64,000 bases of DNA from Glycera tridactyla (Eukaryota). The position numbers were made by a program, and so were the translations under genes. Where the stretch lies: assembly GCA_965644265.1 (NCBI GenBank), contig OZ286477.1:33356001-33420000 (forward strand), read 5' to 3'. Shown one piece after another: positions 48,735-60,553 of the stretch; the stretch's first letter is position 1, and the number at the start of each line of letters is the position of its first letter. The notes beneath the pieces were generated by a model. The model saw only the letters and a program-made list of their open reading frames with translations. It did not search any database and was not told the DNA's origin.

Positions 48735-51700
48735 CTGCAATAAAAGATGGAAGAGCTGCAATGCATCCAAAATAAATGGTACCATGAATACCAATCTCTN
48801 NNNNNNNNNNNNNNNNNNNNNNNNNNNNNNNNNNNNNNNNNNNNNNNNNNNNNNNNNNNNNNNNNNNNNNNNNNNNNNNNNNNNNNNNNNNNNNNNNNNN
48901 NNNNNNNNNNNNNNNNNNNNNNNNNNNNNTCAGGAAATTTCCTGAATTCATGGAATTTGTCTCGAGATTCAAAATCCAAAGGTTTCTGAAATTGGGCTGA
49001 AAGTTCAAAATCTGGTGTTTTTTGAAGTATGGGGGGGGGGGGGGGCGGTAGTTTGGGAAAATTTGGTCAGGTTTCGGGAAATTCTGCCCGGGTGCACTTG
49101 CCTCACTGGCCCCACCTGCACCAATATTACATTACAAGCAAGAGGTTATATGGGTCTTAGCCTGAAATAATACCACATAAGCCTATGCCAGGAAGATTTT
49201 CACAATTCTTTTGCATGAACCAGACTTTTCATTCAAAAAAGACAATGAATTAAGGTTCTTTTTCTGAAAATGACATGCATGCTGATTGAGTCTGGCTGCA
49301 GCTCATTAATACATGGCTCTCGTAGGTACCTCGAGAACGGTGTATCCCAGCTGCCGCAGATGATGGGATCTCATGGCGTGCGGCCCCAATGGATGCAGAG
49401 TGTCGACGCATACATGCTCCGGTAACAATGTCACTATGGCAACTCTGGAACAAACCATCACACAGCCGTCAAAATCAATAGGTCTGTCTGGTCCATCTGT
49501 CAGTCCATCCATCTGTCCCTCAGATGTCACCAGTCTACAAACTACAGCCAAACCTGTTCTAAGCTGCCACCCTTTGGGAAGTCAAAAATTGAAGCGGCTG
49601 CCTAAGGCAGGTGGCTGCTTGGAGCAGATGAATTATAGTGAACTAGATGCAATCAGTGATTGCGAGTGCCCCGCTGACTGCGCAGTTGGTTATGCTATGC
49701 TTCAGTATTCCCAAGCATATACTATGCAACACAGTCATTATGGTAGTGCTCTCCCCCTCCCACTTCTCTGCTGGCCTGAACGACAAATGACCTTCTCACC
49801 CTCAGGTAACCTTGAAATCCAATAAAGCCGACCGAAATAAAATCACCTAGTGACGCTGTAATATAATATAGCAAAGCCAAAATCAAATCAGTTTGTAACT
49901 CAGCACTGTGGATGCAATTGCCACATTTCAATTAGGCAACTGCATTCATTGTGACATTTTTGCCCAGACACAGCAAAGTATGACAGACAGCTGGAAACGA
50001 CATATGACCTTTTTGCACTCAGGTGACCTTGGACTCCAATGTAGTAAACCCTAATCAAATCAGTCCTGTACCCTAGCCTTGTGAACTTGTGACATATGAC
50101 CTTTTTGCACCCAGGTGACCTTGAAATCCAATGTAGCAAACCCAAAATCAAATCAGTTCTGTCTCATGGTACTGTGAATGCACACGTCGAGTTTCAATTA
50201 GATAGCTGCATTCATTGTGATGTTATCGGCCGGAAACCACATATGACCTTTTTGCACTCAGGTGATCTTGAAATCCAATGTAGCAGACCCAAAATCAAAT
50301 CATTTCTGTCTTTTGGTACTGTGAATGCACCTAAAGAGTTTCAATAAGACGGTTTTATTGATTATGGAGTTATTCCCCGGAAACCACATATAACCTTTTT
50401 GCACTCAGGCGACCTTGAAATCTGATGTAGCAAACCCAAAATCAAATCATTTCTGTCTCATGGTACTGTGAATGCACACGTCGAGTTTCAATTAGATAGC
50501 TGCATTCATTGTGATGTTATCGGCCGGAAACCACATATGACCTCTTTGCACTCAAGTGACCTTGAAATCCGATGTAGCAAACCCAAAATCAAATCAGTTC
50601 TGTCTCATGGTACTGTGAATGCACACGTTGAGTTTCAATTAGATAGCTGCATTCATTGTGATGTTATCGGCCGGAAACCACATATGACCTTTTTGCACTC
50701 AGGTGACCTTGAAATCCGATGTAGCAAACCCAAAATCAAATCAGTTTTGTCTCATGGTACTGTGAATGCACACGTCGAGTTTCAATTAGATAGCTGCATT
50801 CATTGTGATGTTATCGCCCGGAAACCACATATGACCTTTTTGCACTCAGGTGACCTTGAAATCCAATGTATCAAACCCAAAATCGAATCAGTTCTGTCTT
50901 TTGTTATTGTGAATGTACACACCAAGTTTCAATTAGATAGCTTTAGTCATTGTGGAGTTATTGCCCGGAAACCAAAAATCATGCACCCACGCACCCACGG
51001 ACCCACGCACGCACACTCGTCCATAGCACATCCGCACAGAGGGTCAAGGCGAAAACATACTGCCCCGCTCGGGTAACCGAGGCGGGGCACAAAAAACCTC
51101 TGACAAGAATTTCAAGAGTGGCTGCCTAGTACAGTGGCTGCTTAGGGCAGGTCAAACTGTATCTTCAGGGCTCGACATCAAGGGTTGTCCTAGTGGTGGA
51201 ACGATGATCGAATCTAGTCGAAAGTTGGTTGGTTGCTGAGCTCAATCAAGCACTTACTTGCGAAAATCGGTAATCGACAAAATTGGAACCAAAGAGCAGA
51301 TCTGGCAACAAATGATATATTCGCGAAAATCAGCGATAAAAAGACGGCATTCGATTATTCACTCGTCATGCCATCTTGACGGGGAAAGGCCCAACCAATC
51401 ATCGATTGCGAACTTGCAACCGCTTTCTACCACTAGATGCTCGATAAGATATTTAACACAATATGATACAGATTGCGAGGGAGACAACTCTCTGGGACCA
51501 GGTGTGCACATTGATTGCAACTAGAGGTCAAAGTTCTATCATGACAATCAAGTTCATGCCCCCTTGTGCCTTTCATGTTGAACAACAACAAAACACAAGA
51601 AGGTTGTCTCCAATAGACTTGTGAAAGAGATGAAGACTTCAAATGACAAAGAGGTTGGTCTGCCATGGGTGATTTCATCAATAGGTTGCTCAGTAACGGA

Positions 51701-54700
51701 AGTCTCATGGAAAGGTTGGAGCGCCCCTCTGGAAATCTAGCAATTTTCTCCAAATCATATCATCACAGGCTGATACGAATCACATACTACATTTATATAT
51801 CCACGGAAACTTACTTCTGTAGGCGGGGATTATAACGAACTGGAGTGGTGAACCTTCCTGATTCGTCCACGGCAAGTATGTAATCTGCAAAAATTGGTCA
51901 TTGGCAATTAAAAGGACTGATCAGAATCAGAGACTTGTTATATTCCACAAACAACATTTCTGTCGTATTCCCTCGAGACATCTAGGAGGATCCTCTAAGT
52001 TTTGGGTATTGAAAGAATGGTTGCAAGGAAGAACTTGAAAATTTTGGTGCAGCAAAATGATACGGCTACCTCACTAAACTGGGAATAAACCATACAAAAA
52101 CCCAGCCCCACAAATACTCAAAAGTATATGGTAATGGTGAAATTTACACCATAAAATGGCAACTGATTTAGTTATTTTCCTGTACCTGGAAGAATGATGG
52201 TTAAATCTACATGACAGGGCATGATGTTGAGGGTTTCAAGGTGAAAAGACATTAAAAAAAAGACATAGAAACCGGACCCTGACCATCAACTGCAAGGGTG
52301 CATCCTGGATTTTCGGAATTGGGGGTATTTGCCCCCTGAAATTTGAGAAAAGGGAGCATTTTATTCACAAAATCTTGAAAAATGGATTTAGAATGAGTGC
52401 AACCCTTTTGCTCATTTAGGGGGCATTGTGGCCCCTAATTTCTCTGAAATGAGGCCTACTTCCAACAAAACGAGTGAAATACGCCGATGCCCCCCCCCCC
52501 ATACCCCCTTCAACTGGGCGATTGAGCTGAAAAGCTTCACATCAAACCCTGAACAAATGGTGAAATTCTACTACTCAAAGTGATGATGTCATCCAGGCAA
52601 CATGATAGTAGCAATCCTGGTGAATACATACCAACAAAATATGTGTGCATTACACGTGCTTGTTTCACATGCCTAGGTTCCACACATGCCATCAAGCTTT
52701 TCCCGAGTGTTTGATGGAACAGGAAATCTCGACCCACTGAAATAAAAAAATATACATACTTTCACAATTAAGTGAGGGAAAGGAGTTTCCAGCAAGGGTA
52801 GGATTTCCATTGAAAGGATCATTGGTAGAGTCCATGATTCATACAAGGTTCTTACGAAGAAATTCCAGAGTTTTTCCAGAACATTTCCAGTACACCATGA
52901 AGAATTTCCAGAACACATACTACCAATAAATTCATGGTTTTCCAAATGAATGCCTCATAATTAATGGTGATCTTATATGTGCAGCATCAGCGACTAGAGG
53001 TAGCATGTCTGAACCACTGAGATTTCTGAAATTCGCCATTATGATGATGATCACGATTTTTCATGTGCACATCTTGGTGGTCATTATGAGATCTATCAGA
53101 ACTATTGATGTCTACAGCCACTACAGTGCGCACTGTAAATCAGCAAAAATGAGTGAAATCACTAGGTTTTTGCTGATCTCCAGAACATAGGTATGAGTTC
53201 CAGAGTACAAATCTCAAAATGACAGTATTTTTCCAGAACAATAAAGTGAAAGACATGTTTTCCACAATATTTCCAGTATAGGTAATGATTTCCAGAACAT
53301 TTCCAGAGTCTGTGCGAACCCTGTAGACACTCACTCGTCTCCAAAATAATGATGGCAATAACAGCGGCAGTAAAAGCAGTGATTTGTACAAAGAGTACAT
53401 GTAGTTTGCCAGCATGAATCCTTATTTCATACTCCTGACTTTCATGATCTAAAATCCAAAATATTCAGCATAAAGTGCTCTTCCCTGCAATGGATTGCTG
53501 CATTTTTTTTCTTGAAAACCTGGAAATCTGCGGAACAATCACAAGAAACTCACACAAGAGGCATTTGGCACTTGCAAACAGCTGTTTATCCACATAGAGT
53601 TTATCCATGGCACCTGGCATTTCGATCAAGACGGCCGTATAAAGGTGAGCGAGGAACCGACGTGCCGCATTCCGAATACCTGGCTCAGGTAAACCTAAAC
53701 ATAGAAATCTAGCTTGAATCACACCACTCATAGTAGTTCTGTACAACTGGAAAAATTCATGTGTACCAACCACCAGGATTCCCAATTCTGGGTCAGTTCT
53801 ATTACAATCATCCGGGAATGTTTCTGACTTCTGCCTGACCTTCCATCTCCAGTGAGTAGTGATGCAAACAGGATTTGCCAACTTAGTGGTCTGTGAAGTG
53901 GGGTGTTGAACAGCAGCCACTCCTGGCTGCAGAACTTACTCGCCCACATCATATTACACCTTTTCATCACCCAGCCTCATCACTTAGTCGCCTCAAGCGA
54001 CTGGGCAACCGTCTGTTTGCATCAGTGAGTGAGTTCATGTATGGTCAAACATGTCTTAAGCAAAAGCTGTACTGCACAAGAACATGCCATGACCAAATAG
54101 TTGTCTATTATAAATGATCTGTGAACAGTCAAACCTGGACAATTCTACCAATGCAAACATCAATTTCCCCTTGCATATGACTTCAGGTTCAGGTGGGGAG
54201 TCAGGAAAACTTTATGGAATTTGCCAACCCCCGACACTAACTGCTACTATGACACGAGAAAAGGTAGGATGGCAGACATTTTCCATGATCCAAAAGCCAA
54301 AAAAGCCTGAATAAATCATCAATTTCTGTTACGTGTATTTGTGATCAAAACCTCAGAAATTTTACGGATAATACATCCTTGAACAACTGATCTCACTATA
54401 AAATGAGGTCAAATGTCAAGAAGAGCAAATCACATATATGATGGGTGGATGGGGGACTATGGGTATCCGGGAACTTCCCCAAACTTGATATGTACGACTT
54501 ACTCTTAATCTTGGTGATGAAGTACGGACTGAAGACTTTGTTGAGGAAGTTGGCGGGAATTCGCTTGATGTAGGCGAAGGAAGCCAGCAGCTCCACCATG
54601 TGGTGCGGTAGAAAATCAGAGAATTTGTCACTCAGCACTTTGTCTATTGTAAGGAACAACTGCGTGGAATTCAGCGGCAGATAATTCAAACAACCGAAAC

Positions 54701-57700
54701 CTCGTAACGCATAAAATAATTCATGAACGTCATATCGCTTGTGATTCATCACAAAATCGGATGCAACAGTTTCTAAAATTTTTGGTGACAAAAAGCGAAA
54801 CTTTCTGCAATATTCCATTGACATGGCAACCAATGTTTTATCCAATGTGTCTATCCTTTCTGGTAAGTAGCGTTCAAGCGACTGGAGCACATCGGTACTG
54901 GGAACATCAAAATGGATATAGGCTGTTAAAATTTCACTGAACTGTTCCTTGCTCACTCTGAATTTATTATTCAATAGCCATTTTCCGATGGCTTTCATTG
55001 TCTGTGGATGCTCTTGGTTGAGGGATGTGAGGGCTTTTATGACGGTCACCACATCGCTAGGGTCGAGTCTTTGACACGAAGAACACACTTGTTTTTCAAA
55101 CAGTCTGGGTAGATAGCGCAGTGATGGCGTGACATAACGGAGCACGCTATACACCTGAGAAATGTTCGTATGATCGACGTCCTTGTAACGCGCACCCAGA
55201 TGAATGAAGATGTTATTTACGATGGTAGAGTCACCTTCGATGCTCTCTGATAGATACTGGATGAGCGTACAGAGTTGAGACACGGTGAAAAGTCCATCTC
55301 CGACCCGTCTCTCCACCTCATCGTTGATTCGCAATTTGTAAACCTGAAACAAGAATCACCTGAGCTGAAACAGTTTGTCAACCTTGAATAAGAACACACA
55401 GAACTACAGGCAGTTCCACTTTATTGTTACCCTTGTTTTCTGTCATTCTTTCCGCAAAAACATGAGAAATATTTTTCAGAGGGAAAAATATGCGCCAGCA
55501 ATTTTTGGTAAACTTGGTATGTATGTGAATGGTAAACAGATGAGGTCTCATTTTTTTTTTTAGATTTGGGAAAAATGCAATCCGCACTCACTGGCCTCTG
55601 TGATATAGCCATCAATGGGGGGGGGGGGGGGGGGGGTCCGCAGCATTTCTAATTTGGTAGCAGATGGCTACACACATCGTCAGAAGCATCCAGACTCTGA
55701 CAGTGACGCTAGTTAGGAATGACAATCAACAGTCAAAACCGTCTATAAAATCAACTCTAAGCAGTCCATCAAATTAAAGTCAAATCCTGGATTAATGGGT
55801 CAGATTTAATGCTCAATTTTCTGACACTTTCTCATCTCAATTTTCTGGGATCTTTGTCACACCTCCCAGCTAAGTAATAGGAGTATGATGTACCAATGTC
55901 ATTGTATTCGATTTCACAGGTGGGGACGTGAATTTGCTTCAGGCCAGTTTCCTGCCCTGACAATGAACAAAACCTTCATCAAATGACCATTTTCAAGGAC
56001 ATAGTGACCTTACTCCAACAGGGTTGCATCCAGATTTTCTTATAAAAGGCATTGAGCCCCTTGAATTTGAGCAGAGGGGGCATTTCTTCACAGAATGTCC
56101 CAAAATGTGTGAAATGCCTCCATGCCCCCTCTAAGAGACCCTACTACAACCAATTTCAAGGTTTTCATGTTTTTTTCAGGCACTTTTGACGCCTTGGGAA
56201 CCGACTGTACTTACATCATTGTAGTGTAGTGAGCGGAGGTAACAGCGTACGAGCGAGATCACTGTCTCATTCTCGAGCTGCTCGATATCACGTGTCGCGG
56301 TATCACAGAGCTCGTTAAACACCGCTTTACGCAGAAACGAGTCACTATCTGGAGCCCGCGCAGCCTGTAGTCGACAGAGTCGGTCGAGTGCGAATGATGC
56401 TGTGTACGCGGTGACGTTGTCTCCCGGAACCTCGAGGAGTTGAAACAAGCGGGGCAAGGTGGCGCAGTCAGCCAACTGGAGGTTGAATGTTTCCTCCTGT
56501 GGTGTCATCTTTCGTAAACTATCACCTGTGTGGACGATAAAAGACAATGAAGTAATGATAATATTGCCTGTGAGGATGAAAAATATCAGAATGAAGTACA
56601 ACTGTAATGATATCGGCTCAGTGCTAGCAATGAGCAAACACTGACAAAATGATCTTCAAAATCAGACATGGATTTGTGATGTCTGAATTTCCAAATCACC
56701 TTGTTAAATATCCATCCATTACCAAACCAAAGCTCACCTCAATGCCATAGAAAGAAAATAATTTGTGCAATGGAATATGTTCAGTATGAAACTTTATCAC
56801 ATGGATGTGTCATTTTCAGTGAAGTATCAGGTGTTGAGTATTGCGCGTGTTACTTCACAGCTGGGTGAGGACTACTTTTTGACAATTTCTCCCCTAATCC
56901 ATGTGATAAAAGCAAGAATATATGGCCGTGAGGTGAAAATGCAATACCAAACTCGGTCTGAATTTCGCTGGATGTCACTCCGCCTTCGGCCACGTGACAT
57001 CCGGCGAAATTCACACCTTGTTTGGTATTGCGGTTATACTTCACGGCCATATGTTCTTGCTATAATGTTTCATGATACATAATTGGAATGTTCAAATCGT
57101 AACATCCCGAGAAATCATCAGATTTCTTGTGGATTTGTACTTGGATCTCCAGCATGGCACCTACCACCTACCCTGTGACGCAGCAAGCTGTCTTACATGC
57201 TGAGCTATGCAGACTACCTGATAAAAAGCAGCAAGATTATTCCGCCATGAGCACACTTTACTCCCTACACAGACACTCAGAGACCCAGTTTCAAAAACCC
57301 TCCAGTCATAATTGTTCTCAAGCCATTGGTGATATTTTCACACAATGGGAGATGGCCAAAATGTAACTTATGTTTCATGAAACACCATTGGAATGTACAA
57401 ATTACATTCTGAGAAATCATCAGATTTCTTGTGGATTTGAACCAATTGAAACAAGTACTATTCAAGCATATTCAAACTCTTTGATAACATGCAGAGTTCA
57501 TAGCCCGATCCAAAAACAGACTTTTTCAAGACCATTTCCAGACCCAGATAATAGTTTTCCAGGCTGCTACCATATGCGTACTGTAGGCAAAGATATATTC
57601 ACATCTTTTGAAATCCATCACCTAGCGCATCCCTTTACACAAGTTGAGCGGAATAATTGGAACTTGTTATAAACAAGTACTCAATATTTGCGTGCCTGTT

Positions 57701-58173
57701 ACGAGTTGTTGGGCCTTTGTTGGAAAAGGCCGACATTGAAACATGGCCAGTCGTGGTTGCAATCAAATTCCATACTTTTTCCAGACTAAAATAGCAATTC
57801 CTTCAAATTCCATACTTTTTCCAGGCCTGGAAAGCCCAAAATCAAATTCCATACTTTTTCCAGGTTTCCAGGCCAGCTACGAACCCTGAACATGGAAATG
57901 AAAAGATTATTCACCAGAATAGATGGAGGATGTGAATGGAAAGTCAGAAGCCGCCAATCTCCGCATGACAACTGGCAGTTCACGGAACTCAATCCCATCT
58001 TGAAGGAGGAGAGATGATTGGCTGAGGATCCTGCTGTTATTACTGTCCGCTAGATGGCGTGTTAGAACAGGGGTTGACAGAAGAGAACGACAACATCTCT
58101 CGCTGGAATGCTTGGCTATGAGAGCGAGACGCGGGATGTGTTTCATCATCCTACTGACTGTCGGAGTTGCCAT
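48627..58173 (-). CDS. FASTKD3: FAST kinase domain-containing protein 3-like (mitochondrial RNA processing; FAST_1/FAST_2/RAP), complete spliced CDS, 649 aa
   Basis: 8 exons (259+311+841+141+105+70+115+108 = 1950 nt) join in frame through GT-AG sites. Arg/Ser/Leu-rich N-terminus like a mitochondrial presequence; MEYCRKFRFLSPKILETVA, FGCLNYLP, ANFLNKVFSPYF resemble human FASTKD3 as recalled; RAP motif AMRSHHLRQLGYTVLEVHYNEF. Confidence 0.88.
49330..49444 (-). CDS. FASTKD3: FASTKD3 coding exon 7, RAP domain (VAIVTLLPEHVCVDTLHPLGPHAMRSHHLRQLGYTVLE)
   Basis: ttgttccag acceptor, gtacct donor, phase 2-0. Confidence 0.9.
49545..51159. mobile_element. Tc1/mariner-type MITE split by the HINE insertion
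   Basis: halves 49545-49640 and 51096-51159 match the intact copy at 8963-9139; TA flanks. Confidence 0.8.
49641..51095 (-). mobile_element. HINE with a 147-bp tandem array, nested in a Tc1/mariner-type MITE in a FASTKD3 intron
   Basis: - strand 5' tttttgtgccccgc...cggggca IR, (GTGG/GTGC) microsatellite, units at 50093, 50240, 50387, 50534, 50681, 50828, 3' cggggcac, hairpin gcaatca-g-tgattgc and CTAGTT end. Confidence 0.87.
51815..51884 (-). CDS. FASTKD3: FASTKD3 coding exon 6 (DYILAVDESGRFTTPVRYNPRLQ)
   Basis: tttttgcag acceptor, gtaagt donor, phase 1-2. Confidence 0.85.
52632..52736 (-). CDS. FASTKD3: FASTKD3 coding exon 5 (GRDFLFHQTLGKSLMACVEPRHVKQARVMHTYFV)
   Basis: ttttatttcag acceptor, gtatgt donor, phase 1-1. 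Confidence 0.82.
53554..53694 (-). CDS. FASTKD3: FASTKD3 coding exon 4 (LPEPGIRNAARRFLAHLYTAVLIEMPG...)
   Basis: gtttag acceptor, gtgagt donor, phase 1-1; LxxLxxAVxIExP motif. Confidence 0.85.
54503..55343 (-). CDS. FASTKD3: FASTKD3 coding exon 3 (large helical-repeat exon)
   Basis: tttcag acceptor, gtaagt donor; 841 nt open frame. Confidence 0.95.
56019..56143. mobile_element. CAGGGTTGCATCC-TIR MITE, degraded
   Basis: flanks ctccaa/ctacaa; related copies at about 14020-14228 and 52293-52510. Confidence 0.45.
56215..56525 (-). CDS. FASTKD3: FASTKD3 coding exon 2 (DSLRKMTPQEETFNLQL...RSLHYND)
   Basis: cacacag acceptor, gtaagt donor, phase 1-0. Confidence 0.9.
56912..57060. repeat. Long imperfect palindrome, about 67-bp arms
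   Basis: gcaagaatatatggccgtga...ggatgtcac versus gtgacatccg...tcacggccatatgttcttgc. Confidence 0.85.
57060..57210 (-). mobile_element. tRNA-derived SINE fragment
   Basis: - strand A-box-like gctcagcatgtaag and B-box-like region; sister copy at 46870-47015 has GGTTCAAATCC; partial copies at 640-720 and 57350-57450. Confidence 0.55.
57915..58173 (-). CDS. FASTKD3: FASTKD3 coding exon 1 (MATPTVSRMMKHIPRL...; presequence-like)
   Basis: ATG 25 nt after a ctcttgcag acceptor at 58199 (implies a 5' UTR intron); donor G|gtgaat, phase 1. Confidence 0.8.
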
Positions 58174-58562
58174 GGTGCGTAACTTTGTTTATCCTCAACT
58201 GCAAGAGATGGAAACTGTCGATAAAAACTCAGATTATGATTCATACAAAATTCAGCAAAATAATTCCAGTTCATCAATTGTCAACAATCCAACATTTTGG
58301 TGGTAACAATGCCAGCAGCCCGTCGACATGCCGTGGACATGTTTGGGTGCTCATCTTCCTCTGTCAATGACTGTCATTGATCATGTGACACAGCATTTAT
58401 TTTATTTGAGAGATTTTATTCGTGCGCACTTCAACATGACATCGGGTGAAATCACTGCAAACAGGCAGATATTTTGTTTCTATGAGCAATTGTTGGATTT
58501 CATATCGTCAAGTCCAAATTCTGAACAATTCTGAACACTGATTCATGTCCTGAGAGCTATTA

Positions 58563-58725
58563 CAGTGTGACCTTCGACGAGAGACCACCCTAAATGTCAC
58601 CAAGAAGCGGTCTCTCAAAAGAGGTGGTCTCTCGTCAGAGGTATATATGACTACGTCAAATAGAAATGCTGCCCTGGAAAAGCGGTCTCCCGTCGCAGGT
58701 GGTCTCTCGTCGCAAGGTTTCACTG
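58563..58725. mobile_element. Tc1/mariner-type MITE
   Basis: cagtgtgacct / aggtttcactg, TA TSD. Confidence 0.75.
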
Positions 58726-59589
58726 TATACACTGTGGTGTGGATAATTACATTGTGCTATCTACTTGATTACAGCAAGACCAACGTGCCACGAAGTAGGG
58801 CGTACAAAAATTTATCAACATTTATAGAGAGACCAACGTGCCAGTAGTAGTAGCAGAGCCATTTTCAAAGAGTAGCAGTGCCAGTATTTGCAATGGAATG
58901 ATAAGAAAAATCATGATTTTTCAGAGTAGCATGGCACATACAAAATCATAGCAGTTGGCATCTCTGCTATCTGCGCGATCGGCCGATAGCCCAGCGCCAA
59001 CATCCGATCAGTCAGTGGCGCCATGATCGATCGCGCAACAATCGATGGATGGCAGGCCAAATGACAGCTTTCATTCGCCATATACATGTACATTGATGTA
59101 TGAACAAAATTCCCCTTCGATTGTGTGTACCACATCTTGATTTCAATGTATCCATGTTGTTACATTGTGGCCAAAAGTCCGCAATATCGGATGTAAACAA
59201 TCGCCGCCATCTTGTATTTCACTCGCCAACCTCCCACTTTGATGCTGGATATTTCAGCAACTGCTCGATATACAATGAAAGCAAATACAGGGTTCTATTG
59301 GCAATACCTATAAGATTATGCGATCGTGGTTTTATAATTTTTTTATGTGTCTATCCCCTCCAAATCCGAACTTTCAGCCCTGTGAAGCAGAGCGTGACAA
59401 GATGGCCTCCTAACTGCCCGGGGCAGGTAGATTACAAAGGCAGGCAGGTTGATTTTAAAATCTACCTGGCCGATGGACAGGTAGAAACTGATAATACCGA
59501 ACGCAGTGAGGCCTATAGTCAACACGGGTGTATGAGATAACAAGAAACTGTGGTCAAAACTGATGGAATGAGCAATAAACATGTAATCA

Positions 59590-59910
59590 ACTTCTACCCT
59601 GACAGTCACGAAGAAAGGTTTCACAAAATCGGCGGTGGGCGCCGCCATCTTTGTTTTTATCACGTTCTCGTGAGAGGCAACGATATATACACAAATTCGA
59701 ACTAAATTCACGTGAAATCATACATTTTGGCACAAACCCGTCGAAACAAACGAAGAAATCGACGACTACTGATGTAGAAACGAATAAAACGATAAATTTG
59801 CGTCAATTTGCGTGTGAAACACATTCGAAATGTAGTTCCGCAAGCCGCCACTGGTCAGAAGACGGCGCTTCGCAATGGTTCCCCCTCCTGGCACGAGATG
59901 GCGGTTTTCA
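59590..59910. promoter_or_regulatory. CpG-rich housekeeping-type promoter of FASTKD3, possibly bidirectional
   Basis: YY1-type AAGATGGCGGC on - strand (59641-59651), TCTCGTGAGA near-palindrome (59666-59675), ACTACATTTC GFY/ZNF143-like motif (- strand, about 59827-59838), outward-facing AGATGGCGG (59896-59904). Confidence 0.65.
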
Positions 59911-60023
59911 CCAACAATATTCCTCTGCTCATATGACCATGCTGCTTTTCATTGCACCCACATACCGCCGCAGCGGTATTCTCTTAGGAGGGACATTTCA
60001 GAATTCCACATGGAGTGGAGCAG

Positions 60024-60548
60024 CCAGCCACCACACCCACCCACCATCCAAACCACCCACCATCCCACCCACCCACCCACCTACCATCCCACCCACCCAC
60101 CATCCCACCCACCCACCATCCCACCCACCCACCATCCCAACCACCCACCATCCCACCCTCCCACCCACCAACCCACCCACCAACCCACCCACCCACCCAT
60201 CCACCCAACCACCATCACACCCTACCACACACTACCACACCCACCCACCACACTCACCCATCAACCACTACCACCAACACCAACTGACCACACTCACCCA
60301 CCACACCCACTCACCCACCAACTGCACACCACACCCTACCATCCCACCACACCCTACCATCCCACCACACCCTACCATCCCACCCACCCACCACCTCACC
60401 CACCCTCCCACCCACCATCCCAAACACCCTCCCACCCACCCACCATCCCACCAAACCACCACCACACCTACCCACCACCACACACACCCACCACCACACC
60501 CACCCACCATCCACATCCTACCATCCCACCCACCCACCACCCCACCCA
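60024..60548. repeat. (CCCA/CCA)n C-rich low-complexity tract
   Basis: direct inspection. Confidence 0.9.
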
Positions 60549-60553
60549 AGAAG

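Noticed and set aside
50468-51076. 202-aa ORF with 49-aa repeats
   Set aside because: Arises because the 147-bp HINE unit is a multiple of 3; lies antisense in a FASTKD3 intron and has no protein motif.
53330-53425. - strand segment ending in a good gtgagt donor as an extra FASTKD3 exon
   Set aside because: No pyrimidine-rich acceptor, peptide not FASTK-like, and exons 4 and 5 already join in frame with the expected spacing.
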